Shown: positions 27,258-35,540, numbered from the stretch's first letter. The stretch: DNA of 64,000 bases from a virus (IMGVR_UViG_2795385955_000003), one strand, 5' to 3'. The notes: a model not told the origin generated them from the sequence alone. Translations and numbers: made by a program.

Positions 27258-27370
27258 GAACAGGACGCTCGGTCGGTTATCACTCAATTGGTAATGCAGG
27301 TTCAAGCCCTGTCGCCCGCACCCAGTGCGGGTGTAAAAGCGAAATCCCGGTCAGCACACACACGTTCACA
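27258..27370 (+). ncRNA. Y-RNA-like module E (T-arm plus closed acceptor hairpin, no D-arm)
   Basis: 5' motif GAACAGGACGCTCGGTCGGTTATC. T-arm cagg-ttcaagc-cctg. Hairpin cccgcac-cca-gtgcggg. 3' strand AAATCCCGGTCAGCACACACACGTTC. Confidence 0.5.
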
Positions 27371-27402
27371 TCACCCGCCCAATAGCCCCCCGCGGGTGGC
27401 AC

Positions 27403-27472
27403 GAGCAGGATCGCAGTCGGTTACCCCACCCCTCGCAAGGATGACGAACCCCGGCCGCCCTTCACACGTTCG
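27403..27472 (+). ncRNA. minimal Y-RNA-like module F (conserved stem strands only, ~20-nt interior)
   Basis: 5' motif GAGCAGGATCGCAGTCGGTTACC and 3' strand GAACCCCGGCCGCCCTTCACACGTTC with no tRNA-like insert. Immediately upstream of rsr. Confidence 0.35.
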
Positions 27473-27504
27473 CGCCGCCCGCACCTCTAACAAGGAGATG
27501 CACG

Positions 27505-29220
27505 GTGGACGTTCTCACCACTATCGGAACCCGTAAGACGCCGCAGTCGCAGCAGGCGGACCCCCGGCAGGTGAAGAACTCCGCTGGTGGCTACACCTTC
27601 ACCATCGACGACGAGGCCCTGCTGCACCGCTTCCTCACCCTCGGCACCGACGGCGGCACCTACTACACCAACGCCGCCGAACTCACCAGGGACACAGCGG
27701 CCGTCGTGCTCCGCGCAGCAGCGGCCGACCCGGTCCGCCTCGTCCAGCACATCGTCGAGGTGTCCGTGGATGGACGCGCACCCCGGCAGAACCCGGCCCT
27801 GTTCGCCCTCGCCATCGCCGCAGCAGCAGAGGACGTCGACGGCCGCCGCGCCGCCGCCGCAGCCCTGCCCACGGTCGCCCGTACCGGCACCCAGCTCTAC
27901 ACGTTCGTCAAGTACATGGAGCAGTTCCGCGGGTGGGGCCGCGCCATGCAGCGCGCCGTCGGTGGCTGGTACCTCGACAAGCCCGTCGACCGCCTCGCCT
28001 ACCAGCTGGTCAAGTACCGGCAGCGCGAAGGCTGGATGCACCGAGACCTCCTACGCCTGTCCGGCCCCACCACGGCGGACCCGGCCCGCCGCCTCGCCTT
28101 CAACTGGGCAGTCGGCAAGGGCCTGAACGACTACATCGGCAAGGTCCAGCCCCTCACCGCCGAGCAGTTGAAGGCAGGGGAGCGCAACGCCTCCCGACCC
28201 AAGCTGCCTAACGTCGAGCTGGCGGTTGACCACCCCCTTGCGATCATCGAGGACTTCGAGGACGCCCAGCGCGCCACCCAACCCAAGGAATGGGTGAGCA
28301 TCATCCGACGCGGCAACGGTCTTCCCTGGGAAGCGCTGCCAGACGTCGCGCTCAACTTCACGGCCGTGTGGGAAGCGCTGATTGAGCACGGGCTGCCGCA
28401 GACGGCTTTGATGCGCCAACTGCCTCGCCTGACCCGGCACGGAGTCCTACACGGTGAATATCTGGACCGTGTCGTAGCTCAGCTCCAGGACCCCGACCGC
28501 CTACGCAAGGGCCGCGTCCACCCAGTCAACGTCCTGATCGCTCAGCGCACCTACGCGTCCGGGCGGTCAGCGCGCGGCGACTCCACCTGGACACCGGAAC
28601 GCAAGGTCGTGGACGCCCTGGACGCCGCGTTCTACAACGCCTACGGCGCGGTAGAGCCGTCGGGCAAGCGCACCCTGCTGGCGCTGGACGTGTCCGGCTC
28701 CATGGGCGCCGCAATCTCAGGTATGCCGCTGACATGCCGCGAGGCCGCAGCCGCACTCGCACTCGTCACCGCCAATGTCGAGCCCGACCACGAGGTCGTC
28801 GGCTTCACCGACGGCCAGCAGGCATCCCGCATGGGTTACGGCTCCCCCTCCCGGCGGCTCATCTCCCCGCTGGACATCACACCGCGCCGTCGCCTCGACG
28901 ACGTGTGCCGGTACACCGCGAACCTCGCATTCGGCCGCACCGACTGCGCGCTCCCCATGCTGTGGGCGCAGAAGGCCAAGTGCGAGTTCGACACGTTCGT
29001 GGTCATCACCGACAACGAGACCTGGTTCGGCGACGTCCACCCGCACCAGGCGCTCCGCGACTACCGCAACAAGATGGGCATCAACGCCCGCCTGATCGTT
29101 GTCGGCATGACGGCAACCCGCTTTACCATCGCCGACCCCGCCGACCCCGGCCAGCTCGACGTGTCCGGTTTCGACTCAGCTGTCCCGCAGCTGATCTCGG
29201 ACTTCTCGGCCGGACTGTAG
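27505..29220 (+). CDS. rsr: Ro60 / Rsr ortholog (TROVE domain + von Willebrand A domain with MIDAS)
   Basis: N-terminal TROVE signature (GGYTFTIDDEALLHRFLTLGTDGGTYY). C-terminal vWA with DVSGSM MIDAS motif. RBS aaggag. 571 aa. Confidence 0.85.
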   Translation: MDVLTTIGTRKTPQSQQADPRQVKNSAGGYTFTIDDEALLHRFLTLGTDGGTYYTNAAELTRDTAAVVLRAAAADPVRLVQHIVEVSVDGRAPRQNPALFALAIAAAAEDVDGRRAAAAALPTVARTGTQLYTFVKYMEQFRGWGRAMQRAVGGWYLDKPVDRLAYQLVKYRQREGWMHRDLLRLSGPTTADPARRLAFNWAVGKGLNDYIGKVQPLTAEQLKAGERNASRPKLPNVELAVDHPLAIIEDFEDAQRATQPKEWVSIIRRGNGLPWEALPDVALNFTAVWEALIEHGLPQTALMRQLPRLTRHGVLHGEYLDRVVAQLQDPDRLRKGRVHPVNVLIAQRTYASGRSARGDSTWTPERKVVDALDAAFYNAYGAVEPSGKRTLLALDVSGSMGAAISGMPLTCREAAAALALVTANVEPDHEVVGFTDGQQASRMGYGSPSRRLISPLDITPRRRLDDVCRYTANLAFGRTDCALPMLWAQKAKCEFDTFVVITDNETWFGDVHPHQALRDYRNKMGINARLIVVGMTATRFTIADPADPGQLDVSGFDSAVPQLISDFSAGL

Positions 29221-29226
29221 GAACGC

Positions 29227-29457
29227 GTGGACCCAAGGGCACAGCAGGCGCGGGAGCATCACCGGTTGCAGCGTGATGCCTCCCGCGTCGGCGAACAACA
29301 CCGGTACGAACGGGACCGGCTAGTTCGCGAGCTATGGGCCACCGAACGAGAGAAGTGGACCTACGCCACGCTGGCCGCAGCGGTGACGTGCAGCCCGGGA
29401 CTGATCCAGAAGATTCTCGACGGCCGCACCCCAACCGCCCAACACGTCACCAGGTAA
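29227..29457 (+). CDS. small HTH DNA-binding protein
   Basis: C-terminal HTH WTYATLAAAVTCSPGLIQKIL. GTG start. Confidence 0.45.
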   Translation: MDPRAQQAREHHRLQRDASRVGEQHRYERDRLVRELWATEREKWTYATLAAAVTCSPGLIQKILDGRTPTAQHVTR

Positions 29458-29475
29458 GGAAGGCAGACGCCGCAA

Positions 29476-29588
29476 TGGATTTCAACACTCCGCTCCAGAG
29501 CCTGAACGGCTGGCCCGCCGCGGTCGTCGTTGTCGTTGCGGTGCTCTGCGTGACCGCCGTGATCATCGCGGTTATCCGCGCCGACTGA
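29476..29588 (+). CDS. small hydrophobic peptide (37 aa)
   Basis: GWPAAVVVVVAVLCVTAVIIAVI single TM. Short ORF, speculative. Confidence 0.25.
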
Positions 29589-29601
29589 CGCTCGACATAA
29601 C

Positions 29602-29617
29602 GTATAGTGCACTATAC
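29602..29617. promoter_or_regulatory. second copy of 16-bp palindrome GTATAGTGCACTATAC, 11 bp upstream of downstream operon ATG
   Basis: Identical to 26094-26109. Embeds TATAGT -10-like hexamer. Confidence 0.5.
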
Positions 29618-29627
29618 AGTTCGTGTT

Positions 29628-29957
29628 ATGAACGAGACCCTGACCGCCGAGCAGCTGACCTCCTTCGAGGACACCCTCAAAAACTACGCGGGCGACGGCG
29701 AATTACCCACTGTCCAAGCGGACTACAGCGGGCGAGGCATGTACGGCAAGGAATGCCTAGCCGTCATCCTGGACGACTCCAACCTCACCCCCGCGGTCAC
29801 CGCCGAGCTGGCCTACGTCTTGGCAGACGCCGACGATGACGTTGCAGACCTCATCGACCGTATTTGGTCGCTGCCCACCTACACCGACAGCATGGGCCGC
29901 CGCACCGTCATCTACTGGCCAAACGTCAAGGCCCCCCACACCGCCGGAAAAGACTAG
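29628..29957 (+). CDS. hypothetical acidic protein, first gene of 7-gene accessory operon
   Basis: ORF directly downstream of palindromic operator. Confidence 0.45.
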   Translation: MNETLTAEQLTSFEDTLKNYAGDGELPTVQADYSGRGMYGKECLAVILDDSNLTPAVTAELAYVLADADDDVADLIDRIWSLPTYTDSMGRRTVIYWPNVKAPHTAGKD

Positions 29958-29963
29958 ACGACC

Positions 29964-30350
29964 ATGAGCACACCCACCCCGCGCACCTTCGGCCTGGGCG
30001 CCATCCTGACCGTCACCACAGACGTGTTCCTGGTAGCCGACATCGGCGACATCTACGAACTCCTCAACTACATGACCGGCGACAACCTGTTCACCCACCA
30101 ACTGCCCCGCGCCGCAGGCGAATGCAAGCCAGCGCTGCTGGCACAACATCCTCAACTGGCCGACGTCGACATACCCGAACTGCCGGACGCCGACGCCTAC
30201 ATGACATGCCTGGCCAACCTGGAAAAAGTGCACGGCACCGAACTGGCCGTCACACCGCTTGCCGCGGGCGCGCACAGGCGCATCAATCCGTTGACCGAGC
30301 TAGCCGACATGATGCCCGGCAAGCCCATCATCACCGTGGTCGCACCATGA
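29964..30350 (+). CDS. hypothetical protein
   Basis: ORF. Confidence 0.45.
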   Translation: MSTPTPRTFGLGAILTVTTDVFLVADIGDIYELLNYMTGDNLFTHQLPRAAGECKPALLAQHPQLADVDIPELPDADAYMTCLANLEKVHGTELAVTPLAAGAHRRINPLTELADMMPGKPIITVVAP

Positions 30351-30778
30351 CCACCGACACCCGAGAAGGGCTGCCGGACTGGCTGACCGTCGGCGCCAAG
30401 GTCGTGCAGGTACATGACCGCCGCCACTACGGACAGACCGTCATTACCGGCACCGTTCACCGCATCCTGGCCCGAGGCGTCGTTGTCCTCAACAGCGAAG
30501 GTGCGGAACTGACACGATTCCGGCGCACCGACTACGTCCCGAGCAACGACTACTTCCGGCGCAGGTCCAGCTCCTATGTCTACGCCGACTGGGTGTACCT
30601 GTACCGCGCCGACGACCCACGGGCGGTAGCCGCTCGGGCGAAGGCCAACATGCAAATCGACATCCGGCGCTTCAAGGAAGCGGTCGACAAAATCGACACC
30701 GACAGCGGAGCGGAGGCCTTCGCCGAGATCGCTGCCGCTGCTGCCAAACTCGCCGGACAGGTCAGGGAGCGTCGATGA
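30347..30778 (+). CDS. hypothetical protein
   Basis: ORF coupled. Confidence 0.45.
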   Translation: MTTDTREGLPDWLTVGAKVVQVHDRRHYGQTVITGTVHRILARGVVVLNSEGAELTRFRRTDYVPSNDYFRRRSSSYVYADWVYLYRADDPRAVAARAKANMQIDIRRFKEAVDKIDTDSGAEAFAEIAAAAAKLAGQVRERR

Positions 30779-31080
30779 TCCGGGAGTTGGGTGTCCGCCG
30801 CTGGTTGGCGTGGCGTCTGGTGCAACTGGCTCACCGCATCGCCGACACCACGGTCATCGAGCGCATCGTGATAGTGGGACCAGACGCCCGCCCGGTCGTT
30901 GAGTGGGAGATCGAGGGCGACGCCTACGGCGGCGGTGTGTTCAGCCAGACCGGCCTCACCCACTTCGCGCCCGGCTACACCGCGCTGCACATCTTCGACG
31001 GCGAGCCCACCTACCCGCGCGACCTCCCGGCGATGGCCATGTGGGAGCGGCTGCGCGCCTGGGAGGCAGCGCACCGGTGA
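30775..31080 (+). CDS. hypothetical protein
   Basis: ORF coupled. Confidence 0.4.
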   Translation: MIRELGVRRWLAWRLVQLAHRIADTTVIERIVIVGPDARPVVEWEIEGDAYGGGVFSQTGLTHFAPGYTALHIFDGEPTYPRDLPAMAMWERLRAWEAAHR

Positions 31081-31751
31081 GGAATCCGGAGGCTGATGTC
31101 GTCGACGCGATTGCCGCACTCGTCGACGAGCAGCTCCAACAAGAGGCGTCAGGCTACGACCACAACATCAACCAGGACTCCTGCCCGAAGTGCGGCGGCC
31201 CCTGGCACGGCCTCGTACGCGGCTCCTGCCCCGGCGCGACCGGCATACAGGGAAGCGACCCGGAGCAACTACCAGCGCCTCTCCTTGCCCAGCTGACAAT
31301 TCCTGCCACGCCGCTGCCCTGGACTGAGCAGCGTCACTCGTACCCCATCATTCCCAGCGACGACCAACCGCTCCTATCAGAGTTCATTCTGGTCATCGCT
31401 GAACCGATGCCCATCGAGTTCCGGGCAGTTGAGACGCCCGAGGAATACCGGCTACTTCCGAGCCACCACCGGACAGTCGACATCAGGTGTGAGTCGTCCT
31501 ACGCCCATGCAACAGACATGCTCTGGCTTCGGATCCGGTTCGGCGACCAATATCTGAGGCACATCGTCCCGTACGAAGCCGTATATGGTGCGCGTCCTGG
31601 CGTACGCCTGCTCCACACCTCGATTCCGAACCTGGCGGACAGCTACGTGGAGTTGTTCACCGACTCCACCTACGGGGTTGTCGCATGGTTCCGCATCAAA
31701 GGTGGTGCCGTTCAACGGCGCCTACGCTTCGCAGGGCTGGGGCATCCGTGA
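31077..31751 (+). CDS. hypothetical protein
   Basis: GTG start coupled. Confidence 0.45.
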   Translation: MRNPEADVVDAIAALVDEQLQQEASGYDHNINQDSCPKCGGPWHGLVRGSCPGATGIQGSDPEQLPAPLLAQLTIPATPLPWTEQRHSYPIIPSDDQPLLSEFILVIAEPMPIEFRAVETPEEYRLLPSHHRTVDIRCESSYAHATDMLWLRIRFGDQYLRHIVPYEAVYGARPGVRLLHTSIPNLADSYVELFTDSTYGVVAWFRIKGGAVQRRLRFAGLGHP

Positions 31752-32188
31752 CCGGCAACCTGCCCGCCCCCGCGCCGCAGCCGGTGATCGCGCGTCGACT
31801 GCCCGGTCCTGCCGACTGCTGGTGGCGCCTTGGCCCCAATCTCCGTAGCAGCAGGACGGCTGAGGAGCGCGGCTTGGTCAACGTGGTGCAACACGTCGAC
31901 TTCGACAGCAAGGGCTTCTACCTCACTATCGAGTTGCGCGACGGCTACACACAAGACGTCTGGCCCTCCGACTGCAACGTGGTGCTGACCGACTCAGACA
32001 ACATCGACTTCTACCCACCGACACGTGTTGTGCCGCAGCGTTTGAAGGCGCTCGACCTTCTTATGACGCGCCCGCCACTGCTTCGTATGCCGCTGGATTG
32101 GCAGCAGATAACCCGTCGGGGCGACCACGTGCACCCCGGCGAAGACATGCGCAATTGGCGGTACGACAACCCCGGGGCGTTCCTATGA
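31748..32188 (+). CDS. hypothetical protein
   Basis: GTG start coupled. Confidence 0.4.
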   Translation: MTGNLPAPAPQPVIARRLPGPADCWWRLGPNLRSSRTAEERGLVNVVQHVDFDSKGFYLTIELRDGYTQDVWPSDCNVVLTDSDNIDFYPPTRVVPQRLKALDLLMTRPPLLRMPLDWQQITRRGDHVHPGEDMRNWRYDNPGAFL

Positions 32189-32373
32189 CCGACAGTGTGA
32201 CCCGGGTGCGCGACGCTATCTGGACAGAGCTGGAGCGGCAGGCCCAACGATTCGGTCATGTCGACCGTGATCAGTTGGTCATCGACATAACCGCCATCGA
32301 GCTGGACATGGATCAAGTCGCTACAGCTGCTATTAGCGCCGTCCATGAATTCGACGGCCGACTGAGTAACTGA
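32185..32373 (+). CDS. small hypothetical protein
   Basis: ORF coupled. Confidence 0.35.
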   Translation: MTDSVTRVRDAIWTELERQAQRFGHVDRDQLVIDITAIELDMDQVATAAISAVHEFDGRLSN

Positions 32374-32540
32374 CTCCGAGTTACGGTCTGGGGGATGAGG
32401 GTGCGACGCGTATCTGCCAGCTCTACCCCGCAACTACAAGATCCATCGTTTCAGCACGGCCGCGGCGCACCTTAATGCTGCATTAGAAGGTTTTCCACAC
32501 AGGGTTTCGTACCCGGTAGTAATGGTTTACGGTGTTTACT

Positions 32541-34013
32541 ATGTCGGACCAAGACCGCGACGAGCACCTCAAGTCAACCGCCATGTGGTGCCGCGACCTG
32601 CAATTCCCCGCCGGGGCTCGACGGGTGGAACCGAAGGCACCTGCAAGGCTACGGCGTGCGCTGATTGTGGTTGCTGTCGTTGCCGTCGCTTTTGGCGGCA
32701 CTAGAGTTATCGACGATCACATCCCGCCAGGCAGTGGGTTCTCCACCCTTGCCACCGTGGGAGCCGAGCCGACTGGGCCGCCCGGACCGACTGGTGGAAT
32801 GACTGACGGGGGTGGCTCTCAATTCCAGCCTCCAGGACAACCGCCGTCCATGCCGGACTACCAGGGCGGGAACAACTTACCGCCCCTAGATCAGAACTCA
32901 GGTATCTCAATTTACAATTCCGGCGCGCCACAGGCCGGGCAACAAGCTGGCGGGCAGCAAGGTGCACAGCAGCCGCAACAAGGTTGGGACCAACCGGCGC
33001 ACGGCACCCAGCCCCCTAACTACTCCACCGCACCCGGTTACACGCAGGGGCCAGGCAAGCCGAACCCTGATTATCAGGTGCCGCAACAGAATTCACCCCA
33101 GCAAGGTCAACAGTCGCCCCAGCAGGGGCAGCAGCAGCCGAGCCAGGCGCCCTCGCAGACCCAGCAACCCGAGCGGCCTGAGCAACAACAACAGCAGCAG
33201 GAAGACCAGTCCCAGCAGGATCAGGGAGACCAACAGCGCCAGCAGCGCTGCCAGGCGATGTCGCAGCAGATGGACCAGGTCACCCAGACCGCCGGACAAG
33301 TCGCTGACGTAGCTCAGCAGGTCGGAGATGCGGCCGAGATCGTGCTCCCCAAGGGAGGCGGTGGATCTCTAGGTCCCGACGGTGAGCGCTCTCCTGGCCG
33401 CTTACCTGTCGAGCCACTGGAGTGTGGGGATTGCCCACCTGATCGGCAGCCGCAGAATCCCCTCTGCAAAGCCATACCTAACGCCGCAGCCAAGCAAGTA
33501 TGCGAGGGCTTCATCGATGACTGGATGGAGAACTTTGAGGATAAATGCGAGGTTGGTAAGCCGAACTGCATGGGTAAGGTGGCTATCTGCCTGCCAAGGG
33601 ATATAGTCAACCCATCGGAATTCACCAAAAAGGGACTACAGGCATACATTGATGGCGGCAATGATCTAATAAAAAGAAATGAAAAGTTGGGCGGAATGGT
33701 GATTAAACGTTCAACTAAGGGCATGCAGGGCCGCAAAGATGCCGATAAGGACAGGGCGATACTTAGATATGGTGCCGACGCATTCAAGGATAAAGCTCCT
33801 GGGCATATTCCAGACCTTACGTGGATGGGCACCGAAGACGATGACCGCGACGTGATTCCTATGGACAAGAGCTTGAACTGGTCCATAGGTGGTCAATCGA
33901 ATCGCTTCAAGGAGAACTTCCAGGCCACAGAGTTCGTGCAAGGGTTCTGGCAGCAGGTGCCATGGTCAAAGACCACGCAGTGCCTCGCGAACGGGGTGGT
34001 GACAGGAGCGTGA
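32541..34013 (+). CDS. membrane-anchored protein with long P/Q/G-rich linker and low-GC C-terminal domain; polymorphic-toxin-like
   Basis: TM ALIVVAVVAVAF near N-terminus, ~250-aa Gln/Pro/Gly low-complexity region, Cys-containing C-terminal domain. GC drops to ~50% from ~33400 to the end of the gene. Confidence 0.5.
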   Translation: MSDQDRDEHLKSTAMWCRDLQFPAGARRVEPKAPARLRRALIVVAVVAVAFGGTRVIDDHIPPGSGFSTLATVGAEPTGPPGPTGGMTDGGGSQFQPPGQPPSMPDYQGGNNLPPLDQNSGISIYNSGAPQAGQQAGGQQGAQQPQQGWDQPAHGTQPPNYSTAPGYTQGPGKPNPDYQVPQQNSPQQGQQSPQQGQQQPSQAPSQTQQPERPEQQQQQQEDQSQQDQGDQQRQQRCQAMSQQMDQVTQTAGQVADVAQQVGDAAEIVLPKGGGGSLGPDGERSPGRLPVEPLECGDCPPDRQPQNPLCKAIPNAAAKQVCEGFIDDWMENFEDKCEVGKPNCMGKVAICLPRDIVNPSEFTKKGLQAYIDGGNDLIKRNEKLGGMVIKRSTKGMQGRKDADKDRAILRYGADAFKDKAPGHIPDLTWMGTEDDDRDVIPMDKSLNWSIGGQSNRFKENFQATEFVQGFWQQVPWSKTTQCLANGVVTGA

Positions 34014-34519
34014 TGACTTCCCTTCGAGACAGGGTCAGTCGACGCGGAATTGCAGTCGCGGTGGCCTGGGTCGCAACTATTGCAGTTGCCTCTCTGCTGA
34101 CATACGTTCTGTGCATGCAACATCCCAGCGACAAATCAGACAAGTATGACGCAGAGGTGCGCTCAGTAGTCGAGCAATATATTGATGCCCTGAACTCTGG
34201 CGACCTTAAGCAAATCGAATCTTTGTCAACTGGACTTGCAGAGGAAGAGCTTAATCCTCAAGCCAGGGCAGGCTACGTCCGCAAAATGGCGTACCAAATT
34301 GAGAAGCACGGCCCGATGCATATTCACGATTTCAGCATCCTTGCGCGAGGGGATCTGGTCTATGTTGCGTACGTCTACACGGAATACGAAGACCAAAAGA
34401 ATCCAAAGCCTGAGGATATCTATTTCTCTCCAGGGGCACGGGTTCGATACAACATGTACCGAACTGGCGGGAAGTGGAAAGTCATGAGCGTCGACCGATA
34501 CATCGGCGACGAGCGGTGA
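34013..34519 (+). CDS. low-GC membrane-anchored small protein, candidate immunity protein
   Basis: Start overlaps upstream stop (gtgATGa). N-terminal TM. Same low GC as the upstream C-terminal domain. Confidence 0.45.
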   Translation: MTSLRDRVSRRGIAVAVAWVATIAVASLLTYVLCMQHPSDKSDKYDAEVRSVVEQYIDALNSGDLKQIESLSTGLAEEELNPQARAGYVRKMAYQIEKHGPMHIHDFSILARGDLVYVAYVYTEYEDQKNPKPEDIYFSPGARVRYNMYRTGGKWKVMSVDRYIGDER

Positions 34520-35058
34520 GCAGACCAGCCGCCTTAACGGTGGGGTTCCTGACGGCCACGATGGCTCTGTTTGGGTGCCAAAGTCCTCCGCCTGCGGAGA
34601 CTGGACCGAATTACACACAGATCCCCGGACAGTTCCCTGACCCTGCAACCACAACCGCAGCAGGAGCAGAGGACGCCCCAGTGCGTGCATGCGTCAAGAT
34701 CACCGGCAAGCGCAACGATGCCGCCATGGTGCTCACCAAATGCGACTCTGGCGATGCCACGCATCGCATCGTGCAACGGGTCGTGGAGCCAAAGGACTGC
34801 GTGCGCGACGTCGACCGGCGCTACTACCGCAACACTGCCGCCGGTGAATGGACCGCATGCTTGGACCTGTACTGGACCAGCTCCAATTGCCTGAGCATCA
34901 CCAACGAAGCCACCCGCGCTGTGGCATGCGACGATGCGACCGCGCCACGTAGATTCCGTGCCACCAAACTCGTGCTCAACACCACCAAAGGCGACATGTG
35001 CACCGGATACGCGCACCCGGTGCGCCAGTTCACCATCTGCACGGAGATGCAGAAGTAG
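34516..35058 (+). CDS. Cys-rich lipoprotein
   Basis: GTG start overlapping prior stop. Signal plus lipobox LFGC. Multiple paired Cys. Confidence 0.5.
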   Translation: MSRPAALTVGFLTATMALFGCQSPPPAETGPNYTQIPGQFPDPATTTAAGAEDAPVRACVKITGKRNDAAMVLTKCDSGDATHRIVQRVVEPKDCVRDVDRRYYRNTAAGEWTACLDLYWTSSNCLSITNEATRAVACDDATAPRRFRATKLVLNTTKGDMCTGYAHPVRQFTICTEMQK

Positions 35059-35093
35059 GCAGCGCTGTCGGTGGCATCTGATAGAAACCGGAC

Positions 35094-35498
35094 ATGGGAC
35101 GCCGTGTTGAGGCATTGATCAGGCAAGCCATCGCGGGCATACCCAATCTGCTGGGCACTACGCAAACACGCTTGGGCGACATTCACCCCACCACGCTTGT
35201 TTACACCCCGGAGGAGGTAGCAGCCCGGATAGCGTCGGTTCTGCCGCCACTTCTCCAATCGGTTGGCTGTCTGTTGGTGGAGCTGCCAGACGTTGCTCGG
35301 GACGCGTTCGGGTCCGAGTCGGTCCGGGTACCACTAGGCGGTCAACCGTGGGCCGATGGCACTATCCGGCTGCACCGCACGCCGCGTGGCAACCGGCTAA
35401 CCCTGTCCGGCATACCAACACCGCTCTCCGCTGCCGACGCACCCGCGGTCGCCGCCGCTCTGCTCGCTGCACACGCGGCTTCCTGCCGAACGGCCTAG
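35094..35498 (+). CDS. hypothetical protein
   Basis: ORF. Confidence 0.35.
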   Translation: MGRRVEALIRQAIAGIPNLLGTTQTRLGDIHPTTLVYTPEEVAARIASVLPPLLQSVGCLLVELPDVARDAFGSESVRVPLGGQPWADGTIRLHRTPRGNRLTLSGIPTPLSAADAPAVAAALLAAHAASCRTA

Positions 35499-35540
35499 TA
35501 GGGCGCTCTGCTGTCCGGCCGCCCGTGGCACGATTGCTGC

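Noticed and set aside
26600-27480. Regularly spaced ~23-nt repeats that could be mistaken for a CRISPR array or a cluster of canonical phage tRNAs
   Set aside because: The repeat period is ~160 bp, and the spacers are themselves conserved and structured (the 3' strand motif recurs), so this is not a CRISPR array. No unit has an anticodon arm, and the acceptor strands pair across a short loop rather than 5'-to-3', so they are not canonical tRNAs. They are interpreted as Y-RNA-like modules.
29591-29635. Larger inverted repeat CATAAC...GTTATG around the second 16-bp palindrome
   Set aside because: The arms are asymmetrically spaced relative to the core, and GTTATG overlaps the start codon region. 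It is likely coincidental.
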